Source: an uncultured Phycisphaerales bacterium
GTDB lineage: Bacteria; Planctomycetota; Phycisphaerae; Tepidisphaerales; Tepidisphaeraceae
Reading direction: 5' to 3'
DNA length: 64,000 nucleotides
Assembly: GCA_963755915.1 (NCBI GenBank)
Contig: CAVWLP010000002.1
Coordinates: 672,001 to 736,000 of the forward strand
Every line of letters starts with the position of its first letter. The first letter of the stretch is position 1. This document shows positions 20,830 through 30,334 of this stretch, one piece after another. The notes below the pieces were generated by a model. It was not told the DNA's origin and made no database searches. It saw nothing but the letters and a program-made list of their open reading frames with translations. The position numbers were made by a program, and so were the translations under genes.

Positions 20830-22167
20830 TTAGACCGCCTCCACCTCGACCAGGTTCTCGGGTAATTCCATTTCCGGAGTAATGACGTTTTTGTTAGGGA
20901 GCATGACTCTGCTGAAGATCCAGAGGGTGATGTGATGGAGTCCGTAGGTGATGACGATGCTCCAGCAGACGCCGGCCATTCCATAGAGTTTGGTGAAGAG
21001 GACGCCGAGGGTGACAGCACCGAGAGCAGCGACGACTCCGCCCCAGAAGACGGCGTTGAGTTTTTCGCGGGCGCGGAGGAGAGCGCCGTAGACGCCGCAC
21101 ATTCCTGCGATGATGGGCTGGAGTCCGAGGATCCAGAGGAGGCTGGAGTATTCGCTGTATTTTCCGCCGTAGACGAGGGCGACGACGCGGTGGTCGAAGA
21201 TGCCGAGGATGAGCCAGTAGATGAGGGGTGAACCTGCGAGGAGGAGGAGGGAAAGGCGATGGAGGCGTTTGCCCTCGGCGGTGCCCTTGGTGCGTACGAA
21301 GGCAGGGAGCAGGAGGTTGGTGAGGGCGGTGCCGGCTTGCAAGAGGGGCATGAAGAGATTGGTGAGGGCGCGGAGGGCGCCGGATTCACCGAGGGTGGCC
21401 ATGCTGGGGAGGAGAAAGTAGTAGATGTTGCCGGGGATGAAGCCGAGGAGGAGGGTTGCGGTGGCCCAGCGGCCGTAGCGGAGGTGGTCGATGGAGGCGT
21501 CGCGAAAGAAAGCGCGGTCGGGGCGAAGATTGACGTGCCCGACGCCAAGTCCAAGGCCTGCGAGGAGGCTGCTGGCGGCGATAATGGTGAGGGCGAGGGG
21601 TACGCTGATGACGGTGAACTGATGGACAAGGGCCAGACCGAAGAGCATGAGAAAAAGATACCCGACGCCACCGATGGCGGCGCGGCGGGGATTGAATTCA
21701 CCGTAGCAGGCGCGGCGCATAAGCCAGAGGAAAAGGATGAAGGGTCCGGCGGCGGCAAAACCATAGAGGGCGTTGCCAACAGAATCCTGGCCGCGGAATT
21801 TGAGATACCACCCTGCGGCGACGAGAAGGAGGGATGCGCCGAGGGAAACGACCAGATGCCAATAGACCAGGACGCCGCAATATTCCTTGGCTTTGCCGCG
21901 GTATTTATCGGCGGCGAAGATGAGCATGGGCTCGGTGATGAGTGCGGTGTGAATGATGCCGAGGGTGAGGAAAGCGGCGAAGGCGGTGACGAAGGCGCCG
22001 TATTCGGTGGGAGAAAGCCAGCGGGCGAGCATCACGTTGATGATGCAGTTGGAGCCGGCGAAGAGGCCCTGGTCCATCACGGCCCAGAATCCATGTTGGA
22101 TAAAGGAGGTGATGGAACGGCCTTGCGGCTTAGAGTCGGCGGAATGGATGGCCGCGGCGACGGTCAT
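20830..22167 (-). CDS. Wzx-like polysaccharide flippase
   Basis: About 12 transmembrane segments; DQGLFAGSN..NVMLARWLSPTEYGAF; lies within the polysaccharide operon. Confidence 0.8.
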   Translation of the reverse strand: MTVAAAIHSADSKPQGRSITSFIQHGFWAVMDQGLFAGSNCIINVMLARWLSPTEYGAFVTAFAAFLTLGIIHTALITEPMLIFAADKYRGKAKEYCGVLVYWHLVVSLGASLLLVAAGWYLKFRGQDSVGNALYGFAAAGPFILFLWLMRRACYGEFNPRRAAIGGVGYLFLMLFGLALVHQFTVISVPLALTIIAASSLLAGLGLGVGHVNLRPDRAFFRDASIDHLRYGRWATATLLLGFIPGNIYYFLLPSMATLGESGALRALTNLFMPLLQAGTALTNLLLPAFVRTKGTAEGKRLHRLSLLLLAGSPLIYWLILGIFDHRVVALVYGGKYSEYSSLLWILGLQPIIAGMCGVYGALLRAREKLNAVFWGGVVAALGAVTLGVLFTKLYGMAGVCWSIVITYGLHHITLWIFSRVMLPNKNVITPEMELPENLVEVEAV

Positions 22168-22976
22168 GCCGGTGCTCCGACCAAACCACCGAAGCGGCGA
22201 CGAGCGAAGCGCTTGATGGCGTTAAGCCCGACCAGCCCGATGAAGATGCTGTTGGTGAAGAGATACCTTTTCCAGAGGCGTTTGGGTTCCTGGGAGAGAC
22301 GGAAGAGCCATTCGAGGCCGTGGCGCTGCATGAATTCGGGGGCGGTTTTTTTGTTTCCGGCGTGGAAATCGAAGGCGGCGCCGACGCAAAGCTGGACGGC
22401 GCGGATTTTTTCGCGATTGAGATCGGCGAAAGCTTCCTGGCGCGGGACACCGAGGCCGACGAAGACGATGGCGGCGCCGCTTTTGTTGATGCGGGCGCAG
22501 AGCTCGTCATTTTCGGCGGGGGTCATGGGTCGGAACGGGGGCGATTCGACGCCGGCGAGCTTAAGGTTGGGGAAGAGCTCGCGGAGACGGGAGGCGAGGA
22601 GGGCGAGGACGGGGCGGGTGCTGCCGCAGAGGAAGATGCTGAGGCCCTGCTTTTCGCAGCGTTCGCAGACGCGGCGCATGATTTCGGGGCCGTAGACGCG
22701 GTCGGCGAGGGCGGCCTGGTGGAAATAGTTGAGTGCCCAGCGGACGGGCTGTCCGTCGGGGGCGACGATGTCGCAGCGGTTGACGCTCTGGCGGAACTCG
22801 CGGTTGGTGGCGGCGGAGACGATGCCATGGACAGCAAGGAAGGTGGCGACACCACCGCGCTCGTTGACGGCGGCATCGAAGATTGCATCGACCGCCTGGT
22901 CGTAGTTGGTCACGCTGACACCGACACCGAAGAGGTCGCGTTTCCGCGGCCACTGAGATACTAAACTGGTTGTCAT
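22164..22976 (-). CDS. WecB/TagA/CpsF (GT26) glycosyltransferase
   Basis: APDGQPV, RVYGPE, VFVGLGVPRQE, VGAAFDF, GLEWLFRLSQEPKRLWKRY. Confidence 0.92.
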   Translation of the reverse strand: MTTSLVSQWPRKRDLFGVGVSVTNYDQAVDAIFDAAVNERGGVATFLAVHGIVSAATNREFRQSVNRCDIVAPDGQPVRWALNYFHQAALADRVYGPEIMRRVCERCEKQGLSIFLCGSTRPVLALLASRLRELFPNLKLAGVESPPFRPMTPAENDELCARINKSGAAIVFVGLGVPRQEAFADLNREKIRAVQLCVGAAFDFHAGNKKTAPEFMQRHGLEWLFRLSQEPKRLWKRYLFTNSIFIGLVGLNAIKRFARRRFGGLVGAPA

Positions 22977-23030
22977 TTTCTCACCCGACGTAAAGAACAA
23001 AATTTGATCGCAATATAGCCCGTTCAATCA

Positions 23031-24248
23031 TCAGCGTCCGCGGCGCAGGAGCACCGAGGGGACGGTCATGATGATGAGTTTTAAATCCTGGAAGATCGAT
23101 TGAGCGCGGATGTAACGGCGGTCCATGCGAATCCACTCGGCGAAGGTGACCTTGGAGCGGCCGTGGACCTGCCAGATGCAGGTGAGGCCGGGAGTTACAT
23201 CGAGGCGGCGGCGATGCCAGGTGGCGCAGCGGTTACTTTCCTCGACGGGGAGAGGGCGTGGTCCGACGAGGGACATGTCGCCGAGGAGGACGTTGAAGAG
23301 CTGGGGGAGCTCGTCGATGCTGGTTTCGCGGAGGAATCGGCCGACGCGGGTGATGCGGGGGTCGTGCTTGAGCTTGAAGGCGGGCCCGTCCTGTTCGCTT
23401 TTTTCGCGGAGCTTGGATTTTTTAAGGTCGGCGTCGAGGACCATGGTGCGGAACTTGAAGATGGTGAAGGGGCGGCCACCGAGGCCGGCGCGGCGCTGGC
23501 GGAAGAAGATGGGGCCGCGGTCGGAGAGCTTGATGGCGACGGCAGCGGCGGCCATGAAGGGGAGTGCCAGCAAAAGGATCGTGCTGCCGAGGACGACGTC
23601 GATAAAGCGTTTCCACCAGGGGAGGGGCTTGAGGAGGAGGCTGGAGACGTCGCCGGCGCTGACGGTGCGAAGGGGTGTCAGGGGGCGGAAATCCGGGACG
23701 CCAACGTCGTGCCCGGCGTATTCGATTCCACGTGCGATCTGGTCGGCGTCCATGCGTTCGTTATCGCTGTGCATTTGCCCTCGGTAGCCAAGAATGTTGC
23801 AGATGGGGGAGATGGCCCGGAAATTGGCGGATTCGGTGATGTCGCGGACGAAAGACATAGCGCCTTCCTCGGCGGTGTCTGGGAGGATGACGCAGAGGCG
23901 GCCTTTTTCGAACCAGCCGACTTCGTCGGTGGCGCGGGCGCGGCGGCAGAGGAGGCGAGCGAGCCTGGAAAGGTGCCTGGGGGTGGTATCGCCGGCGGCC
24001 CAGACGACGACGAGGCAGAACTCGTGGCCGTTGCGCTCGCAACGGGCGCATTCGCGATGGAGGATTGAGTCGATATTTCGGCGGGAATGGATATCGCGGA
24101 TGCGATAGAAATGCCTGGGACGGGCGCGAGCGATGAGCTGGCGCTTTTTGGGGCTACGAATTTTGGCCGGTGAGAATTCCCTGGCCGTCAGCGGCGCATC
24201 GGTGACACGGTGGACCGCTGTATTCTGGGCGATCATTGCTTCTTCCAC
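23031..24248 (-). CDS. Priming sugar-phosphate transferase (WcaJ/WbaP-type catalytic domain) with an N-terminal degenerate GGDEF-like domain
   Basis: KRFIDV, FKFRTM, DPRITRVGRFLRETSIDELPQLFNVLLGDMSLVGPRP; the N-terminus has HRECARCER...RATD...CVILPDT. Confidence 0.88.
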   Translation of the reverse strand: MEEAMIAQNTAVHRVTDAPLTAREFSPAKIRSPKKRQLIARARPRHFYRIRDIHSRRNIDSILHRECARCERNGHEFCLVVVWAAGDTTPRHLSRLARLLCRRARATDEVGWFEKGRLCVILPDTAEEGAMSFVRDITESANFRAISPICNILGYRGQMHSDNERMDADQIARGIEYAGHDVGVPDFRPLTPLRTVSAGDVSSLLLKPLPWWKRFIDVVLGSTILLLALPFMAAAAVAIKLSDRGPIFFRQRRAGLGGRPFTIFKFRTMVLDADLKKSKLREKSEQDGPAFKLKHDPRITRVGRFLRETSIDELPQLFNVLLGDMSLVGPRPLPVEESNRCATWHRRRLDVTPGLTCIWQVHGRSKVTFAEWIRMDRRYIRAQSIFQDLKLIIMTVPSVLLRRGR

Positions 24249-24367
24249 TCCTTAACTACTACCGAACCAAACCCGGTCGGTTACCCACTGACCGGAGACA
24301 TAGTATTCAACATCTGTTGCCCGAAAACCAACGTGTCGCGGAATCACAAGCGAAGGCGATGCCGCGG

Positions 24368-26581
24368 TTACAAATCCTGCCCCTCGTCGTCCGAAGTTAA
24401 AATGGGCTGATACGTTCCTGCGCGTTTGTTGGGCACGATGCCCCTGGGAGCACGCGCACCACCCAATGCCATGGATTTAAGAGGATCGATTTGGCCCGGT
24501 TCGTTGATGACCAGGCCAAGGACGTTTGAGCCGACGCTGCGGAGAAGGCGGAGGCCCTGTCCGATCTGGCGGCGGGCGGTTGGCCGTGCCGCGGTGACGA
24601 GGATGGCGGCGGCGCAATTGGCGGCGAGGATGCGGGCTTCAACCCCGCGGCCGAGGGCCGGCGAATCGACGATAACGCGATCGTAGCGGTCGGACAGTTC
24701 TCCGAGGACGTCGATGAGAGTTTCGTTGTTGAGGAGCTCGACGGCACTGCCGGCGACGGTGCCACAGGGGAGCACGTCGATATTTTCGATGCTGGTGGAA
24801 TGGATGGCCGGATTGTCGTCGGTGCGACCGGAAAGCACGTCAAAAAGTCCGAATGAATTGCTGAGGGAGAATATGTGATGGATTTTGGGTTGGCGGCTGT
24901 TGGCGTCGACGAGGAGGACCTTTTGGCCACTTTGGGCCATGGCGATGGCGAGGTTGGTGGCGAGGGTGGTGCGGCCATCGAGGGGGTTGACGCTGGTGAC
25001 GAGAAGGGTGCGGCCGGTTTCGTCGTCGAGGCCTGTTTCGGCGAGGGCGCGAACGATGGACCTGGAGGCTTCGGCGACGGCGCCGGCCTGCTCGAGGTGC
25101 GTCTGGAGGGCGTGTTCGGCAATTGAACCGCGGGGGTCCATGCTGGGAAGAACGCCGAGGACGGGGGAGCCAAGGTCGGAGGAGAGGCGGCCGGTGTTTC
25201 TGGGGCCGATGGGGAGTTTTTCACGGGCGAGCGCGAGGCCGGCGCCGAGGAGCAATCCGACGAGCAGAGCGCCGGCGAGGGTCTTGGATTTGGAGGGGAA
25301 GCTAGGCTTGGGTGCGGGGATCGCGGGCTGGGTGATCTGGATGTTGAGATTACCGGCGTCCTGGTTGACGCTGACTTCGCCGATGCGTTTTTCGACGGTG
25401 TCGAGATCGTTTTCGATGCGGGTGACGTCGGTTTTGAGGCGGTCGTAGTCGGCGGCGCGATTGGCCTGGGCGAGGACCAACTGATGCTGCTGGTTGAAAG
25501 AATCCTGAAGCGCGTCGAGCTGGGCCTTGGCGGTGAGCCAGCGTTCGCGCTCGGCGCGGACGTAGGCGATGGTGAGCTGGTCGAGGCGATGATGGGTCTG
25601 GAGAACCACGGGGTGGTCGGGGAGATAGGTTCGCTCGAGGTCCTGGACGTTTTCCTGGAGGCGGAAGATTTCGGATTTGATGAGGGTCAATTGTTCGGGG
25701 GAGGCGGCGACGAGATCGCCGGCGGTGTCGGGGGCTTCGATTTGCTTTAGCTTGTCCTGATCGTCGCCGACCATGGCGACGGCCTGGTCGTAGGCGGCCT
25801 TGGAGTTGACGGTGTCGAGACGCGCGGTGGTGAGGGCGGTTGAGAGGGCCGCTTCCTGCTGGACGATGGGATCGGCGGTGGCGCTGTCGTAGGCGGTTTC
25901 GCCGTACATGTCGCGAAGGGCGGCCAATTGCTGGTTTTTAACGGCGAGGGCGTTTTCGTCGCGTTCGCGCTCGCGCTGAAGGAGATCGAGGGCTTCGGCG
26001 GAGGTGCTGTGCTGAATTCTTGTCTGATAAGTAATATAGGCCTGGACGATGGCGTTGACCATGGCGGCGGATTCGACGGGATTGCGGGCTTCGAGAGAGA
26101 CGGAAATGAGCTCGCTGTGCTTGACGACATCGGCGACGACGTTTTTCTGGAGGTAGTCGATGTGGTCGCCGACGTTTTGGAGGATGCTTAGGTCACCTAT
26201 GCCGTCTTGCGCGAGTGCGAGGGCGAGAACGGGGGTGGAGGTGATGAGCCGGCACTGGGTGTCGAGGTAGTCGTCGCTGGTGTCGATGTCGGATTGAGAT
26301 TGCTCGCCGATGACGTGTCCCTGACCCTGGACGATATAGAGCTCCGCGAAGCTGGTATAGCTGCGCGGGGCGACGAGGAGGAAGATGGAGGCGAAGACGA
26401 GCGAGGCAAATACGGACCAGCCGATGATGTTTCTGCGCTTCCAGAGGGAGTGGACAATGGGCTGTTCCGCGTGGCGCTCGGCGGGATGGGCGAGTTGGCG
26501 TGACGGAATCTTGGCGAGCGAATTGTTCGTAAAATCAGAAATGGTCATTACTCCCGGAGAACGCGATTTGGCGCCGGCCAT
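24368..26581 (-). CDS. Wzc/GumC-type polysaccharide co-polymerase with a degenerate BY-kinase domain (start may be 26548)
   Basis: Two transmembrane helices around a coiled coil, YLPDHPVV, PAPKPSFP, VTSVNPLDGRTT, YDRVIVDSP. Confidence 0.85.
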   Translation of the reverse strand: MAGAKSRSPGVMTISDFTNNSLAKIPSRQLAHPAERHAEQPIVHSLWKRRNIIGWSVFASLVFASIFLLVAPRSYTSFAELYIVQGQGHVIGEQSQSDIDTSDDYLDTQCRLITSTPVLALALAQDGIGDLSILQNVGDHIDYLQKNVVADVVKHSELISVSLEARNPVESAAMVNAIVQAYITYQTRIQHSTSAEALDLLQRERERDENALAVKNQQLAALRDMYGETAYDSATADPIVQQEAALSTALTTARLDTVNSKAAYDQAVAMVGDDQDKLKQIEAPDTAGDLVAASPEQLTLIKSEIFRLQENVQDLERTYLPDHPVVLQTHHRLDQLTIAYVRAERERWLTAKAQLDALQDSFNQQHQLVLAQANRAADYDRLKTDVTRIENDLDTVEKRIGEVSVNQDAGNLNIQITQPAIPAPKPSFPSKSKTLAGALLVGLLLGAGLALAREKLPIGPRNTGRLSSDLGSPVLGVLPSMDPRGSIAEHALQTHLEQAGAVAEASRSIVRALAETGLDDETGRTLLVTSVNPLDGRTTLATNLAIAMAQSGQKVLLVDANSRQPKIHHIFSLSNSFGLFDVLSGRTDDNPAIHSTSIENIDVLPCGTVAGSAVELLNNETLIDVLGELSDRYDRVIVDSPALGRGVEARILAANCAAAILVTAARPTARRQIGQGLRLLRSVGSNVLGLVINEPGQIDPLKSMALGGARAPRGIVPNKRAGTYQPILTSDDEGQDL

Positions 26582-26788
26582 ACAATAGCGGCGTTGGGGA
26601 TATATAACCCGGCTTCGCCTGCCGCGAGAAAAATTCTCTGGTGTTTTAACCGCACACGCGGTCGGCGGCTGTTAAGCTGGAAGAGCTGTAAGGCTTGCTA
26701 GTTCTATAACGATTATGGGAACCAGGCAAATTATTGGACCTTTTTTTCACAGCTTGTATACGCCCGGAAGCTGACTTATATCTATCCC

Positions 26789-27334
26789 ATGATTCACTCC
26801 TGGCATGATGTCACCCCTGGCGAGAATATCCCGCAAGAGTTCGCTGCGATCATAGAAATCCCGTTTGGATCGAGCGTTAAATATGAGCTGGATAAGGAGA
26901 GCGGGCTGATCAAATTGGATCGGGTGCTGTATTCGGCGGTTTATTACCCGGCGAACTACGGATTTATACCGCAGACGCTTGCGGAGGATGGGGACCCGCT
27001 GGACGTGCTAGTGCTGTGCCAGGAGACGGTGGTGCCGCTGACGCTGATTCCGTCGGTGCGGACGATCGGGCTGATGACGATGATCGACGCGGGGAAGAAG
27101 GACCACAAGATCATCGGGGTGGCGACGGAGGACCCGGAATTCAATGTGTATCACGAAGCGGGGCAAATGCCGCCGCACCGGCTGACAATGCTGCGGAGAT
27201 TTTTCCAGGATTACAAGCAGTTGGAGGGAAAGGCGGTGGAGGTGGACGAGATCGAGCCGGCGAAGATGGCGTATCCGATTATTGAGGATGCCCTGCATCG
27301 GTATAGCAAGCAGAGGAGGAAGGGGTTTAAGTGA
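26789..27334 (+). CDS. ppa: Inorganic pyrophosphatase (family I)
   Basis: [35 protein letters not shown]. Confidence 0.96.
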   Translation: MIHSWHDVTPGENIPQEFAAIIEIPFGSSVKYELDKESGLIKLDRVLYSAVYYPANYGFIPQTLAEDGDPLDVLVLCQETVVPLTLIPSVRTIGLMTMIDAGKKDHKIIGVATEDPEFNVYHEAGQMPPHRLTMLRRFFQDYKQLEGKAVEVDEIEPAKMAYPIIEDALHRYSKQRRKGFK

Positions 27335-27379
27335 TTGCCGAATGCCGATTGCCGATTGCTGAATGAAAGGCGCGGCTGG

Positions 27380-27427
27380 AAAACGGGGACGCAGCTAGTT
27401 GCTAACTAGCTGCGTCCCCGTTTTTTT
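27380..27427. repeat. Perfect 21-bp-arm hairpin between convergent genes (REP-like, likely terminator); degenerate second copy at 32436-32480
   Basis: aaaacggggacgcagctagtt-gct-aactagctgcgtccccgtttt; second copy gaggacgcagcttgtt-aac-aactaattgcgtcctc followed by a T run. Confidence 0.8.
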
Positions 27428-28484
27428 ATGTCTCGATCCGTTTGAATTCCGGGCGTTGGGAGAGGAGGAGCATTCGGCTCCACCAGCGCATAATGATGAC
27501 GGCGGCGTAGGTGACGGGGAGGAACATGAGGATCATGAGTCCTTCGGGGATTCCGACGAAGCAGATGACGAAGGTGGCGTCGTAGACGATGAGCCACATG
27601 AGTCCTGCGAGCATGAGGGATTGTCCGGCGGCGCGGGAGTTGGCGCTGTGCCTGCGGATGTAGAAACCGAGGGCGAAGAATACGGCGGCGGCGAGGGCGG
27701 GGCCGATGAGGGCGGGAGAGAGGGTGAGCGTTCCGCCGACGAATGCGGGGGTGGTATTGTGGCGGCGATAGGCGATCAGACCGACGGCGAGAATATCCAA
27801 CAAAGCCAATCCGGCGACGACGGACCAGAAGTGCCAGCGGCGCAGGGGCGGGCGTTTGTGTTCCCAGAAATAGGCGAGGGTTGAGACGATGGCGACGTGA
27901 TTCATGAGCAGGAGGGGATGCCAGAGGACGGGGAGGCTGGGGGCGGCGATGGCGGCGTGGAAGAAGCGAATGAGGCCGAGGGAGAGCAGGCCGAGAGGGA
28001 CGAGATATTTGGCGGCGAAGTCGTAGAAGACGATCAGAGCGATGGTGAAGACGACGAGCCAGATGCTGAGGTTTGCGCCGGTGACGCTAGTGTAGATTTC
28101 GCCGGCGAAGAGGGCGAGGAGGAAGAGCATGGCGCAGACGATGTGTGCGGTTCCGACACCGATGCGGCCGCTGGGGAGGGGGCGATGGGGAGACATCTGG
28201 CGATCGCGACGGCGGTCGATGATGTCGTTGAGGCTCATGCCGAAGCCATAGAGGCCGATGGAAAGGAATGCGAGGGCGAGGCATTGGCGTGGGTCGAGCT
28301 GGTCCCAGAGGAGGCCATGGTTGAGATAGGCGCGTTGTTTGGCCCAGAGCATGAGTTCGCAGCCACTGTCGGCGAGGGCGGTGAAGACGAGTGCCATGCG
28401 GGTAAGCTGGAGAACGGGCAACAGTTTTTGGGAGAGGGAGGGCACTGCGAAGGGGATGATATCAAAGGGGGGCAGCAGAGCCAT
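27426..28484 (-). CDS. UbiA-family prenyltransferase
   Basis: LQLTRM, GMSLNDIIDRRRDRQMSPHRPLPSGRI, multiple transmembrane helices. Confidence 0.85.
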   Translation of the reverse strand: MALLPPFDIIPFAVPSLSQKLLPVLQLTRMALVFTALADSGCELMLWAKQRAYLNHGLLWDQLDPRQCLALAFLSIGLYGFGMSLNDIIDRRRDRQMSPHRPLPSGRIGVGTAHIVCAMLFLLALFAGEIYTSVTGANLSIWLVVFTIALIVFYDFAAKYLVPLGLLSLGLIRFFHAAIAAPSLPVLWHPLLLMNHVAIVSTLAYFWEHKRPPLRRWHFWSVVAGLALLDILAVGLIAYRRHNTTPAFVGGTLTLSPALIGPALAAAVFFALGFYIRRHSANSRAAGQSLMLAGLMWLIVYDATFVICFVGIPEGLMILMFLPVTYAAVIIMRWWSRMLLLSQRPEFKRIET

Positions 28485-28841
28485 GGGTGCGGCTTGTCGC
28501 GAAATATGGATTGGTTGACGTAAACGGGTGTAGATGGGTCAGGGGCTGGCCAAAAAACGGGGCTCTGGAATTGTGGAGTGTAACGGGTTGTCTGGCAGAT
28601 ATTTATCGGCATTTTTTGGTGATTTTGTGGTTCGGAGGAGGGGTATTAACCGCGAAATTGGAGCAAGAATTAAGATAAATTCCAAGGGAGAATTGGTGGA
28701 TTCTTCTTGCAATTTTAGTGAAGCACGGATAATGTGATTCGTGGATTTAGGGGAGAGGTTCGCCTCTTGAAGGTGTTTTCGTGGCCGTTGGTATGCAACG
28801 GCGCGGTTTTAGGGGGCGGTAAAGAGATTGAGACAAAAAAA

Positions 28842-28948
28842 CCTGCCACAGTGGGAGCGCATTGTGCCTGTGTTCCCACGAGAATGACTCAAATTCTGGC
28901 AGGAGTTCCCGAGCCCACAGCGTCTTGGCGGCTGTGGGCCTTTTTTTT
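28842..28948 (+). ncRNA. Candidate structured sRNA or leader: three-way junction plus intrinsic terminator
   Basis: cctgcca/tggcagg encloses an 11-bp helix and a 4-bp helix, followed by a gcccacagc/gctgtgggc hairpin and T8. Confidence 0.45.
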
Positions 28949-28997
28949 GCGCGGGGAGTCGTGGCTCATCCTTTGTGGGAAGAGCTCACGGCGGCGC

Positions 28998-29076
28998 GGT
29001 TCGACTGTCTTCGACCCTGAGGCTCGATTCGACTGAGGCTCATCGAAGTCAGACCCGAAGGGAGCTCACCGAAGTC
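28998..29076. repeat. Three nested short palindromic repeats
   Basis: ggttcgactg[tcttcgaccctgaggctc[gattcgactgaggctcatcgaagtc]agacccgaaggg]agctcaccgaagtc; relatives at 6998-7110 and 7130-7157. Confidence 0.7.
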
Positions 29077-29333
29077 CGTGGGCGTTCCGAGAATTCAATG
29101 GGGCGGGAAAAGTGGTCCGGTGTTGATGGATGAGATTGGGGACAACCTGTTGAAAACGCTGGAAAATCCGACGTTTTTTGCAGCGGAGCGTTGAAAACGC
29201 CCGATTATTCCGGTAGTTTTGAGGAGATGTCGCTGGAATGGCCCGGCGATTCGCGGAGAAAAGCGAGCGATGTGCTCGCGGACACCGCGTGTGATGGCTC
29301 CATATAGATGCTCAGGAAAGGAGATTCTATTTT

Positions 29334-29636
29334 ATGGCCAACAAGAGTTTGACGAAGTCCGAGATCGCCGCCCATCTGGCGGAAAAGGTTGGGATCACCA
29401 AGAAGCAGGTGACGCTGCTTCTGGAGGCGCAGGCTGAACTGGCTTACAAGCACGCGAAGAATGTTTTCACGCTGCCGGGGCTGGGGAAGCTGAAGCTGGT
29501 GGATCGGCCAGCGCGGAAGATGATCATGCGATTTGGTCCGGATGCGGGCAAAGAGATCCTGGTTCCGAAGAGCAAGAAGGTAAAATTCAGCATCGCGAAG
29601 GCGGCGCGGGTTGCGATTCTCGGCACGAAGAAGTAA
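29334..29636 (+). CDS. HU-family histone-like DNA-binding protein
   Basis: LTKSEIAAHLAEKVGITKKQV, FTLPGLGKL, RPARK, KVKF; AGGA ribosome-binding site. Confidence 0.92.
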   Translation: MANKSLTKSEIAAHLAEKVGITKKQVTLLLEAQAELAYKHAKNVFTLPGLGKLKLVDRPARKMIMRFGPDAGKEILVPKSKKVKFSIAKAARVAILGTKK

Positions 29637-29668
29637 TCGCGTCACAACAGGGACAAAAAGGCACTTGC

Positions 29669-29698
29669 AGCCGCGGGCGAAAGCCACGCGGCTTTTTT
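29669..29698 (+). terminator. Intrinsic terminator after the HU gene
   Basis: agccgcg...cgcggct stem followed by a T run. Confidence 0.7.
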
Positions 29699-29801
29699 CA
29701 TTTTGGCGTGAACACGCTGAGCGGGCGGATTTCGGATAATTTGTGGTTGCGGGTACGGAGGTTGCGGCCATGAAATTTGGAAGTCTGTTCAAGGAGCCGA
29801 C

Positions 29802-30317
29802 GTGGAACTTCAGGCGCAAGGAAATGGCAGCAGCAATCTCGGCAATGAGGGGCGATGGAGCAATAACCCCCAAGGCGAGGAATTCGTGAGCCAGCTCAAT
29901 TCAATTTTGCGCGGGGAGATCGCGGCGGCGGAAACGTATGCGATGGCGATCGAGAAGATGATCGAGGAGGGTCGCCAGCCGGCACACGTGGCGCTGCTGC
30001 GGGCGCTGCGGCAGGAGCATGTGCAGGCGGCGGAGAACATTCGGCGGCGAATAGCGGCGATCGGAGGAATCGCGGAGGGAAGTTCCGGCGCGTGGGGCGC
30101 GTGGGTGAAGTTTGCAATCGGGACGGCGCAGATTTTCGGAGACTCGGCGGTGCTGCGTACGCTGAAGGATGGGGAGACGCATGGACTGAAAGACCTGGAA
30201 GAAGCGGCCAAAACGGTCGATGCGGAATCGGCGGCGATGATTGAGAGCGAACTTGTGCCGGCGCAGGGGCGGCATATTCGGCAGCTCGAAGAGATCATCA
30301 ATCTGCTGAGCAGTTGA
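29802..30317 (+). CDS. DUF2383/PA2169-like ferritin-fold four-helix-bundle protein (start uncertain)
   Basis: LNSILRGEIAAAETY, EH, SSGAWGAW, LKDGETHGLKD. Confidence 0.75.
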   Translation: MELQAQGNGSSNLGNEGRWSNNPQGEEFVSQLNSILRGEIAAAETYAMAIEKMIEEGRQPAHVALLRALRQEHVQAAENIRRRIAAIGGIAEGSSGAWGAWVKFAIGTAQIFGDSAVLRTLKDGETHGLKDLEEAAKTVDAESAAMIESELVPAQGRHIRQLEEIINLLSS

Positions 30318-30334
30318 ATATTTTTCGTTCGGGG

